Shown here piece by piece: positions 46,023-55,698 of a stretch of 64,000 bases of DNA. The translations under genes were made by a program, and so were the position numbers. The stretch covers positions 6,406-70,405 of IMG/VR virus record IMGVR_UViG_3300012983_000046. One strand, 5' to 3'. Below the pieces are notes generated by a model that saw nothing but the letters and a program-made list of their open reading frames with translations, was not told the DNA's origin and ran no database searches. The first letter of the stretch is position 1; each line of letters starts with the position of its first letter. The DNA is from a virus (Duplodnaviria; Caudoviricetes).

Positions 46023-48623
46023 ATGGATAAAAATGCATTTCAAAATGGTTATATTTTAGGATACCTGTCAGGCGGTAAAGTAAATGCTCCTCGAAGAAGC
46101 TATGAAAATATTACTCTATATAATGACACTAGTAGCCCTTTTAAAATTATAGATGAACCTTATGGAAGTACCAGTAACTTTGAGTACAATATTAAAGTTT
46201 TTGAATGCTCTACATCGAACATGCAGGCTTATGAACAAGATGGTACAATTAATTTAACAAATAAATCTGACTCTGTAGTCAGTTTCTCTAAGCCAAAAAA
46301 ATGCCCTAAGTACCTCGGTTTTCGTATAAAAGGTGACTCAAAGCAACTGTATCTTTATATTTTAAAACGTATAAAAGCTAATAATACTTATGTGCTGGAC
46401 ACTGATTTTATTTTGGATATCTATTACGAAAATGGTTCAAACAAAGGTGAAATAAATCGTCTAACTGAACTTAGCAACCAGTTTATCACAGTCCCACTTC
46501 TTGAAGACGATGAAGATGGTACCTATGACAAACAAAGATATTTTATATATCGAATAGTAGATACAAATGGAATCACTGCTGAAGGCTCTGACTCAGATTC
46601 TGATGATGGATTTGGTGAAGCTGCTATAGTCAGTTCAGACGAAGCAGACAATATAGTTATACTAGGTAGCGATATGTTCCCACAAGGGGAAAGTGATATT
46701 ATAGCTACTACTCCACAGTTTATAAAAAACCCAAAGAAAAAATCTACGGGAGAAATAATAGAACCTGCAAAAGTGAGCATGGAATCTGAAAAATACTATA
46801 GTGTAGTATTGCCTTCAAATTGTTTTTATGCAATCTTAGCTAAGCCGGGTATGCCTAGACTTTTAAAGGGTATTGATAGGTCTAAACCCTCAAAAGCTAC
46901 TTTTAATATTTCTTACCAAACTGGTTATGACGCTGAAAATAATACTCGTATTATAAATCTTACTAAAGGTGCTTCTTTTGGTGTAATACCTTCAGGTGTT
47001 GGTGCGGCTCTACTAAGACTACCAAAAGACTACAATTTAAATGATATTCAAATATACACAGATAAAATAATAAAGAGTAATGACAATTTCTCAGCAAGAA
47101 AGCGCGCAAAAGACTTAGGCAAAAAAATAATTAAAGATTTTAAGTTTGTACCTGCTGCTCCTATATATTGGAATGATGATGATAGAGTAATGAGACCAGG
47201 TAGGTCTTTTTATGGTATTCCTTATTCGAGTAGATGGATTAACTCACACTATATAGGATTTGAAGTATCACCTGAGACAGCTTTAAATGCTTTTAATGAC
47301 CCGTATTCTATTGCTTATGATGGAGGTTGCTACCATGAATATGAAAAGGACTCTACAACTGGTGAGACTGTAAGAGACGAGCTCACAGGCGAGGCTGTCA
47401 AAATAATACATAAGCATATTATTAGTGGACGTAGCGAGATAGAAAATATTGTTGAAGAAAAAGTAGAAGATGGTGAAACCAAATATACACTTATAGACAA
47501 CGGCAAGGGCCCTGGCTATGGATTGGTGTGCAGCGCTTTTACTACTCTTGTTAATGGCAACCCCTACCCACAGACTAATGTAGGCTATACTTTTGATAGT
47601 AATTTTGAATTACTGCCTGCTATGAGCATGAATAGTGGCCAAGTTCTTGTTAACAAAAAATTATCTCATTGTGTTTTTGTTGATGAAGTATATAATGATG
47701 GCTTTTCTTTATATGAAGCAGTTGACCCCTGTGTAACAAAAACTACACATACATGCCCAGCTAATGATAAGCACTATGCAAATTCCAAGGTACGTAATAA
47801 CTATCTAGAACATTATTATTATAATGTTATTAATAAAGATACAAACGGTTATTCTAAAATAGAAAACTGGTTTAGCAGTCTAGATGAACTTGAACCTATT
47901 GAAGCTCCAGTAAGACCCTGGCGTGGACATAAATGTGTGTATGGTCCTTGGGATGTTACAGAAAGTAAGGGTACCGGAATAGGTGTTACCATTCACAGAA
48001 ATTTCTCAGACGGAACTACTTTAGACTTTACTAAATTTAAATTGAATAAATATAATTCAGATACTAATGAATTTACTGAAGTGGCTGAAATAGCTATTGA
48101 GGCTTCCGATAAATATAAAGATATTACACAAGAAGTAAAAAGCTGTGGAAATGGTACGTATAAATTAACTGTCGAGGGTTGTGACAAAAGTACTGAATTT
48201 AGATATTACGAACACCCTGAAGTAAGACTTACATTTGATCAGGACGGTAAGGCAGTTTTTAAAAATTCAGATGATAGCATTGCTGAAGATGTTGAATATG
48301 TATATATCAAAGTTAAGGGTTATGGTGGCGAATTTGCTAATGATAAAAGCTTAGACCAAACTAAACAAACTACAATGGTCATTGCTGCAGGCAAATATTA
48401 CTTAGACATAGCAAAAGATATAGCGGAAGATGCGGAGAGAGAAGAAACTGATAGAATAAATAGAATTTCTAGCATTCGTGCTGCAATTGTTTCTGACCCT
48501 AACGAGGATTATTGGGGTAAGTATTCCTGTATTACGTCTTCTAGTGTCTCTTCAGATTATGTTGACCCAATACAACAAAAAATAACTAATACTTTAGGAG
48601 TGATTGATAGTGAGCTCTACTGA
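46023..48623 (+). CDS. Large tail-associated protein with NlpC/P60/CHAP-like cysteine-peptidase motif
   Basis: YGIPYSS...YGLVCSAF (C503)...SHCVFV (H549)...LYEA (E565); N-terminal FQNG motif. Confidence 0.6.
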   Translation: MDKNAFQNGYILGYLSGGKVNAPRRSYENITLYNDTSSPFKIIDEPYGSTSNFEYNIKVFECSTSNMQAYEQDGTINLTNKSDSVVSFSKPKKCPKYLGFRIKGDSKQLYLYILKRIKANNTYVLDTDFILDIYYENGSNKGEINRLTELSNQFITVPLLEDDEDGTYDKQRYFIYRIVDTNGITAEGSDSDSDDGFGEAAIVSSDEADNIVILGSDMFPQGESDIIATTPQFIKNPKKKSTGEIIEPAKVSMESEKYYSVVLPSNCFYAILAKPGMPRLLKGIDRSKPSKATFNISYQTGYDAENNTRIINLTKGASFGVIPSGVGAALLRLPKDYNLNDIQIYTDKIIKSNDNFSARKRAKDLGKKIIKDFKFVPAAPIYWNDDDRVMRPGRSFYGIPYSSRWINSHYIGFEVSPETALNAFNDPYSIAYDGGCYHEYEKDSTTGETVRDELTGEAVKIIHKHIISGRSEIENIVEEKVEDGETKYTLIDNGKGPGYGLVCSAFTTLVNGNPYPQTNVGYTFDSNFELLPAMSMNSGQVLVNKKLSHCVFVDEVYNDGFSLYEAVDPCVTKTTHTCPANDKHYANSKVRNNYLEHYYYNVINKDTNGYSKIENWFSSLDELEPIEAPVRPWRGHKCVYGPWDVTESKGTGIGVTIHRNFSDGTTLDFTKFKLNKYNSDTNEFTEVAEIAIEASDKYKDITQEVKSCGNGTYKLTVEGCDKSTEFRYYEHPEVRLTFDQDGKAVFKNSDDSIAEDVEYVYIKVKGYGGEFANDKSLDQTKQTTMVIAAGKYYLDIAKDIAEDAEREETDRINRISSIRAAIVSDPNEDYWGKYSCITSSSVSSDYVDPIQQKITNTLGVIDSELY

Positions 48624-49092
48624 GATAAAAACTCCTGCAGATAGATATAAATTTATTGCTGAAGCCATTCGTAAAAAGAATAATACAACAGAATTAATTA
48701 AGCCTGCAGATATGCCTCAAGCTATCCTTAATCTAATAAGTAGTAATAGTATAGATTTTACCTATAAGGATGATAACACTATTGAGCTCTTAGATAAAAA
48801 TAATATAGCTCACATACTTTCTTGTACCTATGAAGACAATAAACTAGTAGCTATCTCCTATGATAGTAAGACAATTAAGTTAGGCTATGAGGGTGATGTG
48901 CTTGTGTCAGTTGGTAATACTGCGATTGATATAGCAAACGCACCGAAAACACCTGCAACAAACGTTCAAACAAACGTTCAAGCTAACAGTTGTGTTGCAC
49001 AAGTAGTATCGCCTGTAGTGTTAGATACAGTTACAGTAAAAATAAATAGTGGAACAGTTCAAGTTGATAGTTCCGCAAGTTTGGAGGAATAA
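48610..49092 (+). CDS. Tail fibre-associated protein
   Basis: IAEAIRKK...KPADMPQAILNL motif plus one copy of the 65-aa module of 45405; GTG 48610 fits RBS. Confidence 0.7.
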   Translation: MSSTEIKTPADRYKFIAEAIRKKNNTTELIKPADMPQAILNLISSNSIDFTYKDDNTIELLDKNNIAHILSCTYEDNKLVAISYDSKTIKLGYEGDVLVSVGNTAIDIANAPKTPATNVQTNVQANSCVAQVVSPVVLDTVTVKINSGTVQVDSSASLEE

Positions 49093-49095
49093 ATT

Positions 49096-49704
49096 ATGTT
49101 ATTAAGAAACTATGATAATTTAATGGTGACACAGTGCACAGCAACTGTTTCCGCAAACGAAATACTCGATGATTTTACTTCTTTTGGTGATGAGTCTTTA
49201 ACCTTTAAGGATATGACAGGGAAAATATATCCGTTTAGACCGTTTTCCCAATATAATCATCCATTTAATTATTTTTATCAAATGGATACGTGGTCATCCT
49301 TCAATAGTAGAGGACAAACATATATAACCGCAGGAAAAGGGTCAACACCTGTAACTTATGATGACTATAAACTTGCAGAAATCTTAACAAGTGCTGATGC
49401 ACAGAAAGTTAGTCATAGTGTAAGCGAATTGGTGTATGACCAAGAAACAAAGACTTGGAGCAGAACTTATAACTGTGTTTGTGTGGCTAAAAAGGATATA
49501 ACTATTAGGGAAATAGGTGTATATTTTCCTGTTGACTATAGTACCAGTTCTTCTCCGAAATCAACACTTTTGTATCGCCAAGTGTTTGATGATGATATTG
49601 TAGTTCCTGCAAATGCAAGCTTTATACTCTCATTTACAACTACAGTATCTGCTAATCCTAACAAACCTGCCGACTACGTTGCTTCTGCAAGTGTTGTTGA
49701 ATAA
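49096..49704 (+). CDS. Tail-collar fibre N-terminal-like protein (paralogue 1)
   Basis: GKGSTPVTYDDYKL...TIREIGVY...LLYRQVFDDDIVVPANASF. Confidence 0.55.
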   Translation: MLLRNYDNLMVTQCTATVSANEILDDFTSFGDESLTFKDMTGKIYPFRPFSQYNHPFNYFYQMDTWSSFNSRGQTYITAGKGSTPVTYDDYKLAEILTSADAQKVSHSVSELVYDQETKTWSRTYNCVCVAKKDITIREIGVYFPVDYSTSSSPKSTLLYRQVFDDDIVVPANASFILSFTTTVSANPNKPADYVASASVVE

Positions 49705-49716
49705 GGCGGTGTTCGT

Positions 49717-50382
49717 ATGAGTAATATAGACTTTCAAAACGGCTTTGCTTTAGGTATGGCAAGCGGTGGAGTTGTTGAAGTTATTTCTGAAGAATTACTT
49801 GCAACAAAACAAGATACTCTCATTAGTGGAGAATCTATTAAAACCATAAATGGAGAAAGCCTATTAGGCGAGGGAAATCTAGATACAGGAGAAAAGTGGG
49901 AAAAAGTAGCTGAAGTTACTGCAACTGAAAATGTAAATTCTATCTATGCTTCATTTGATAGCTGTAAAGCCGTACGAGTGCAATTTATGTTTGGCGCTGT
50001 AAGAGACGATTTGGGTCACATTGGAATTGCACCCAACTGTGGAGAAACTTTTTATAGGTCTGAAGATCGTGCTTGTGCAGCTAGCATTACTACTAGTAGT
50101 AATGTAACAAAAGGCTGGGGTTATGTAGAAATAGATACTAGAGGCAACAAACTGTGGACAGCAAAAAGCGCTTGGCGTACAAGAAATGATGGTGGTTTTA
50201 GTACTGAAATTAGTGTTAGTTTACATAATACCGATATAGGATTCGCTAATATGCAGTATTCAATTATGAACCATGATTACTTTAGTAGTCGCCAGTTAAA
50301 AAATGGCATTAATTCTATTACTGCCTACGGTGCTGGAATGGTAAAAGGTACGACTCTTTATGTCTGGGGGATTAAAAAATGA
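49717..50382 (+). CDS. Tail fibre-related protein
   Basis: FQNGFALG N-terminus; KQDTLISGESIKTINGESLLGEGNL fibre motif. Confidence 0.7.
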   Translation: MSNIDFQNGFALGMASGGVVEVISEELLATKQDTLISGESIKTINGESLLGEGNLDTGEKWEKVAEVTATENVNSIYASFDSCKAVRVQFMFGAVRDDLGHIGIAPNCGETFYRSEDRACAASITTSSNVTKGWGYVEIDTRGNKLWTAKSAWRTRNDGGFSTEISVSLHNTDIGFANMQYSIMNHDYFSSRQLKNGINSITAYGAGMVKGTTLYVWGIKK

Positions 50383-50651
50383 AAAAATGTATAAATGGAA
50401 TCATCTACGAGATGACCCCTGAGGAAGTTGCAGAAATTAAAGCTATACAAGTAGTTCCGTATAAAGAACAGATTGTTTCAGCAATCAGAGAAAAATACTC
50501 TATTGATGATGAACTTGCAATATTAAGACAAAGAGACACAAAACCAGAAGAATTTGAAGAGTACTTTAATTTTGTTGAAAGCATCAAACAGGGCTTAAAG
50601 AAAGATGAGACAGAAAAAACACAAGAAAGTGAGAACGAAATAGATGAATAG
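50379..50651 (+). CDS. Small tail-fibre-associated protein (possible chaperone)
   Basis: IREKYSIDDELAILRQRDTKPEEFEEY motif; overlaps both neighbours. Confidence 0.65.
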   Translation: MKKCINGIIYEMTPEEVAEIKAIQVVPYKEQIVSAIREKYSIDDELAILRQRDTKPEEFEEYFNFVESIKQGLKKDETEKTQESENEIDE

Positions 50652-53600
50652 TAAAGACTTTCAAAATGGTTTTATTATAGGAATGGCTGCTAAAAATAGT
50701 AAAATCAATTGTATAAATAAACGTATTACCAAGAATGGCGAATATAGTGCTGTTTTAGATGATGAGGCAATAGGTTATAAAAAAGTCTTTGTAGAGGTGG
50801 AGCCTAGATCTTCTGGTCTACCTCTTGACCTCACTACAGATGCTGGTGAATTAGCTACCCCAGAAGAACTAACAAGTATTTCTGAAAATCTAAAATATAT
50901 TTTCCCTAACTCTACTGCAAGTATAGTTACTTCTGACAATATTGCAACTGCTCAGGTTACAAATGATAATAAATATGTTGATTTTAGTTATCGTTGGTTT
51001 AATGGTCAGCCGGTTAACTGTCTAACCTCTACAGGCACTCAGTATATTAATACAGGAGTTACTGCAGATAGTTACATATCCTATGAAGTTGAGTATTTTA
51101 CAACTACCATCATAGATGCTTACAAAGCTATACTGGGTTCAAGACACAGCTCAAGCTCACAGGGTTTAACACTATTTCACACTAAAAATAATGATAAAAA
51201 TACTAAGCTAGTTCAAATAGGAAATACCGAGTATAGTGACACTTTTCCTAATAAGTATTGGCAAACTTATTGTAAGGTAAAATACGACGCTCGTACAAAT
51301 GCTTTGACAATATCAGATTGCTTTGGAAATAGTGACACGATCTACGGTACTCCAAGCGTTTGGTCGAATAATTATCCGATATATCTATTTGCAGTAAACC
51401 AACAAAATTCTGTGAATAGTCCATCTAATACCTCTCTTATTTCTTGTCGTATATGGTCTTCTGACCAATTAGTTAGAAGCTTTATTCCTAAGGTTTCAAC
51501 AGAAGAAACACATGAAAATGAACCCTGCTTATTTGATGAGGTTAATAATACCTATTATTATAATGCTGGTACAGATTCTTTTATTTTTGAAACTACAGCT
51601 GCACATATTTCAGAAATAGAGAATACTAATAATAAGCAATATCAAATAGCAGAAAATGATAAAGTTTTATTATGCAATGTATTTAATGGAACTAATAGTG
51701 AAATAGATATTACTTCTACTCAGGCTATTGTTAATAATGCTGAAAATGTTTCTACTATAAATGAGTCTCCTTTAACAATCACTGGAGACACAACTCAGAC
51801 ATCTCAAATATTAACAGTTGAATCAGATAATATACAACTAGACCAATGTGATATTCAATGGCAAAGAGGAAAACCTTATGTTAGACCACTAGATGGTAAT
51901 AGTTTTTTTGACCTTGAAATAATGCCTTTAAATTCATGTACTTACGAAATTACTTTTAGTGACGTAGTAGGCAATGATAAACCGTTATTTGGCGCTACTA
52001 ATACTTGGAGCTATGATAACTTACTGGCTTTATATGCTAATAACATGTTAAATATCGGCGATGGCAATAGCAAGTACACTGCCATAGGCTGCTACAAAAC
52101 TAATAATTGTCCTATATATAATATTAAATTTAATAAAGAAACTTTAAGTATAAATGGTCGAGTTAAACCTTATACAAACACCCATAATCCTGCTATAGTT
52201 ACTTCTTTAAAACTTTTTACTGCAGGTGGACGATATGGTAATTATAAATTATATAACTTTAAAGTTTATAATAATGACATCTTAACTCACGATTTAGTAC
52301 CTTACTTAAATACAGATACAAATGAAGTTTGTCTTTTAAACAAAGTAGATAATAGCTATATTCAAAGTAGTGGTGAATTTGATTATGGTTTTGATAATAC
52401 TTATTTTGATAATCTTGAGAATGAAACTGAAACTACTTATATGACTCAGCAGGCTAGACAAACAATACGCTGCTTAGTAGAGGGCAAAAAAGATGGTGCT
52501 TGTTTTGGTTCTAGCACGTCTGATTTTATTACAGTCGGTACTGATATCTCAGCATTAACCGCGCAAATAGATGCTGACGAAAAAGCTATTACTACAGTTC
52601 CCTACCTGCAATCATCTGGTACTCAATTTATAGATACTGGGTATAAACCCAAAGCTAATAGCTGGTTTAAAATAGTTTGTTCTTTTAAAGAACGAGCTGA
52701 CTTAAATGAAGTAGGATTTTTATTTGGTAGTAGAATAAGCACAAATAATGAAAATATTTCTTTAAACTTCTCTGGAGCTGGAAGCAACTCATTCTTTATC
52801 GGACGAGATAGTGGTTACTACCAAGGTACTGTAAACTGGTTAGAAGATACTCAATATGAAATAATAGTAAAGCCCTCTGATGTAACATTAGATGGGACAG
52901 TTATATGTAGTCAATCAAGTACTTTAAATAGAGAAACCGCAAATAGTCTTTATTTATTTGCTTGTAATGAAGCAGGTACTGCTTCACGAAATTCTATAAT
53001 GAAACTATGTAGTTTCGAGATTTATGAAGACGATGTGCAGGTAAGCAACTTTGTACCTAAGCTCTCTCAAGAAGAAGATTTTATAGACAAGCCATGTCTT
53101 TTTGATACAATTAATCAAACCTACTTTTACAACCAAGGTACCGATGAATTTGTATATGGAGAAAATCATTATCTAACTGCCGGTGGTACAGTTACTGTTT
53201 CATCTACAGACTTTGATGCTTCCTCTTGCTTATATCAATGGTATAACAATAATCTAGAAACTGCACCTACAAATATGTTTATGGATAATACAGGGCTTAT
53301 CTGTACTATAAATGGTCGTAGCTACTATAAACTAAATGAAGGTGCTGCATTGGTTGGATACGGTTATCATGGAAGTTATACTGGACCAGTGTTAGTTTCA
53401 ACTATTCCAGAAGCAGTGGAATTTACCGGTGGAGGCAGCTTTGCTGGTACCTTTGTTCATAATGGGGTTACTTGGTATGTTAGCTCTCTAAATTATTGGA
53501 TGAGTGGTAATCGTACCGATTCTTCTGGATTAAATCGTGTTAAAATATCTATAAATGGTGCAAATGCAGTAATACTAGGTAAAGCCCTATTTGATAAGGC

Positions 53601-53754
53601 TGAAATAGACGCACACGGTAAACTTGAAGGTGAAGATAATAATACTTATATTGTTCAAGAAGATGATAAAAACATAAAGTGTGTTTTAACTGGTATAGGT
53701 AATTTGTATGGTAAATGTACTGCAGTGCTAAAAATAGGAGATGATACAGAATGA
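50644..53754 (+). CDS. Multidomain adhesin: Ig-like scaffolds with three lectin-like (TQYIDTG-type) domains
   Basis: Repeated (Y/C)LxSxGTQ(Y/F)IxTG...CLFD...YYNxGT units; split Ig-like motifs. Confidence 0.7.
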   Translation: MNSKDFQNGFIIGMAAKNSKINCINKRITKNGEYSAVLDDEAIGYKKVFVEVEPRSSGLPLDLTTDAGELATPEELTSISENLKYIFPNSTASIVTSDNIATAQVTNDNKYVDFSYRWFNGQPVNCLTSTGTQYINTGVTADSYISYEVEYFTTTIIDAYKAILGSRHSSSSQGLTLFHTKNNDKNTKLVQIGNTEYSDTFPNKYWQTYCKVKYDARTNALTISDCFGNSDTIYGTPSVWSNNYPIYLFAVNQQNSVNSPSNTSLISCRIWSSDQLVRSFIPKVSTEETHENEPCLFDEVNNTYYYNAGTDSFIFETTAAHISEIENTNNKQYQIAENDKVLLCNVFNGTNSEIDITSTQAIVNNAENVSTINESPLTITGDTTQTSQILTVESDNIQLDQCDIQWQRGKPYVRPLDGNSFFDLEIMPLNSCTYEITFSDVVGNDKPLFGATNTWSYDNLLALYANNMLNIGDGNSKYTAIGCYKTNNCPIYNIKFNKETLSINGRVKPYTNTHNPAIVTSLKLFTAGGRYGNYKLYNFKVYNNDILTHDLVPYLNTDTNEVCLLNKVDNSYIQSSGEFDYGFDNTYFDNLENETETTYMTQQARQTIRCLVEGKKDGACFGSSTSDFITVGTDISALTAQIDADEKAITTVPYLQSSGTQFIDTGYKPKANSWFKIVCSFKERADLNEVGFLFGSRISTNNENISLNFSGAGSNSFFIGRDSGYYQGTVNWLEDTQYEIIVKPSDVTLDGTVICSQSSTLNRETANSLYLFACNEAGTASRNSIMKLCSFEIYEDDVQVSNFVPKLSQEEDFIDKPCLFDTINQTYFYNQGTDEFVYGENHYLTAGGTVTVSSTDFDASSCLYQWYNNNLETAPTNMFMDNTGLICTINGRSYYKLNEGAALVGYGYHGSYTGPVLVSTIPEAVEFTGGGSFAGTFVHNGVTWYVSSLNYWMSGNRTDSSGLNRVKISINGANAVILGKALFDKAEIDAHGKLEGEDNNTYIVQEDDKNIKCVLTGIGNLYGKCTAVLKIGDDTE

Positions 53755-55316
53755 ATTTTGACCAAAAAGTAATTACTCAGAATGGGATTTATACTGCAAG
53801 TAATGATAATTTAAAAGGATATCATAAACTAATAGTAGACGTCCGAGAAACTACTGGATTACCTGCAGAGATTCAGAACGAGGTTGTAGAACTACAGCCT
53901 CTTGATGAAATCACAGACATTAATGGGTCTATCCAATATTTATTTCCAGATGCCACTACTAAACTTTATAATAAAACTAAGCCTATACCTTATATTCAGT
54001 CATCTGGTACGCAGTACTTTGATACTGGCTTAACTCTTTTAACAGGCTATAAAGTAGAGCTTGATTTTAAATATCTAAATACTACAAATGACCGCTGGAT
54101 TTTCGGTACTAGTAACTTCGAAGCTGGTATCTATTCAAGTGCTTTTTACACCGGATTGGGCTTTACTTACAATCAAACAGACTGTTTAGCTAGGACAACT
54201 GCGATAGGTACTACTACCAGTGACCAGATACTGACTTCTTTTTTATTCGCGCGAAATCATGATAGTAGTGTCTATTACTATCCTGCTACTGCAAAATTAT
54301 ACAGCTGTAAAATTTATAATGCAGAAGATGAGCTAATTGCAAACTATGTGCCAGCAATATCACAAGAAGAAGGTCATGAAAATGAAGTCTGTCTTTTTGA
54401 TACAGTAAATTCAAATTATCTTTATAATGCCGGCAGTGGAACTTTTATATACGGTGAAGACTATAATAATAGCTCACAGGTAAATGTGGCTGATACTATA
54501 ATTCCATTTACTAATATAGAATATCCTCAAGCACAATTTGAGTATAAATGGCTAAGAGGTTCTGAACCTCAAATGTATTTAGAGTCTACTGGCAATGGTG
54601 CCTACATAAATACCAACATAGTACCTAATCAAGACTACAAAATTGAAATGGTCTTTAAACATACTAATACTAAAAATAATTATGAAATACCTTTTGGTAG
54701 TAGAACATCGAGTACAAGTAACTGTTTTGCTTACTTTCAAAAGCATAATGGTTCAATGACAGCTAAAACGTTGTCCTATAATAATGGTGAAACTGTTATA
54801 TACAATATGCCACAGTTTTATAGAACAATTACTAAAGTTACTTTGCACAAAGGTTACCTAGAGCTACAAGACGAAAATAACTACAGAGATATTGCAAGGC
54901 CCTTAAACAACTTTACCTGCACGGTTCCTTTAACTATATTTGGCACAAATACTAATGGAGCAGTAGAATACTTTATTCCCATGCAGCTATTTTCTTTTAA
55001 AATTTGGAATGACTCAGAAGAGTTAGTGGCAGATTTTTTACCTGCGCTGTCGACTGAGGCCGGTCATGTAAATGAGCCATGCTTATTTGACAATATATCA
55101 AATACTTATTTTTACAATGCAGGGTCTTCTAACTTTACTATAGGATATGACTCTTTCAATTACAAAACTATTGAAGGTCAAACAGATAATGAATATACGA
55201 TAGCTACAGAAGACTTAAATACTACAATAAAATGTAAGCTTAAAGGCTATGGTAATTGTGAAGAACAAAATTTAGAATCTTTTAATGTATTAATAATTGA
55301 AGGAGATGTTAACTAA
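53751..55316 (+). CDS. Paralogous multidomain adhesin with two lectin-like domains
   Basis: N-terminus aligns with 50644 (ITxNGxYxA...GYxKxxVxV...GLP...YxFP); two TQY/AYI-type domains. Confidence 0.7.
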   Translation: MNFDQKVITQNGIYTASNDNLKGYHKLIVDVRETTGLPAEIQNEVVELQPLDEITDINGSIQYLFPDATTKLYNKTKPIPYIQSSGTQYFDTGLTLLTGYKVELDFKYLNTTNDRWIFGTSNFEAGIYSSAFYTGLGFTYNQTDCLARTTAIGTTTSDQILTSFLFARNHDSSVYYYPATAKLYSCKIYNAEDELIANYVPAISQEEGHENEVCLFDTVNSNYLYNAGSGTFIYGEDYNNSSQVNVADTIIPFTNIEYPQAQFEYKWLRGSEPQMYLESTGNGAYINTNIVPNQDYKIEMVFKHTNTKNNYEIPFGSRTSSTSNCFAYFQKHNGSMTAKTLSYNNGETVIYNMPQFYRTITKVTLHKGYLELQDENNYRDIARPLNNFTCTVPLTIFGTNTNGAVEYFIPMQLFSFKIWNDSEELVADFLPALSTEAGHVNEPCLFDNISNTYFYNAGSSNFTIGYDSFNYKTIEGQTDNEYTIATEDLNTTIKCKLKGYGNCEEQNLESFNVLIIEGDVN

Positions 55317-55317
55317 T

Positions 55318-55698
55318 ATGAGTCTAATAACAACAGATATTCCAAATATTGATGAAATAGCAAAGATTTCTATTTCTTATTGCTTATTAATGGTTGGTAC
55401 TGCTAAAATTATATCTAATAATAGAGGAGAACCTACTATGGGTGATATTCTTGAAATAGATTTATCAGAGATAAAAGTAGATGCATCAAATACTATACCA
55501 TTAGATTTTAAACTAGGCTTTAAGTGGTATCGAAATGGTGAAGAAATTGTTAATGCTACATCAAAAACTTATACTATAACTTCAGAAGATTTGGGATGTA
55601 GCATAACTGCTGAAGTTATAGCACTTGAAGAAAACTTCGAAGGCAATATAGTTACTCCAGAAGTTAAAATACAGTTGACTAAAAAGGAGGTTATATAA
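55318..55698 (+). CDS. Single Ig-like domain protein
   Basis: GEPTMGDILE...FKWYRNGEEIVNATSKTYTITSEDLGCSITAEV; ATG 55318 after upstream stop. Confidence 0.7.
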   Translation: MSLITTDIPNIDEIAKISISYCLLMVGTAKIISNNRGEPTMGDILEIDLSEIKVDASNTIPLDFKLGFKWYRNGEEIVNATSKTYTITSEDLGCSITAEVIALEENFEGNIVTPEVKIQLTKKEVI

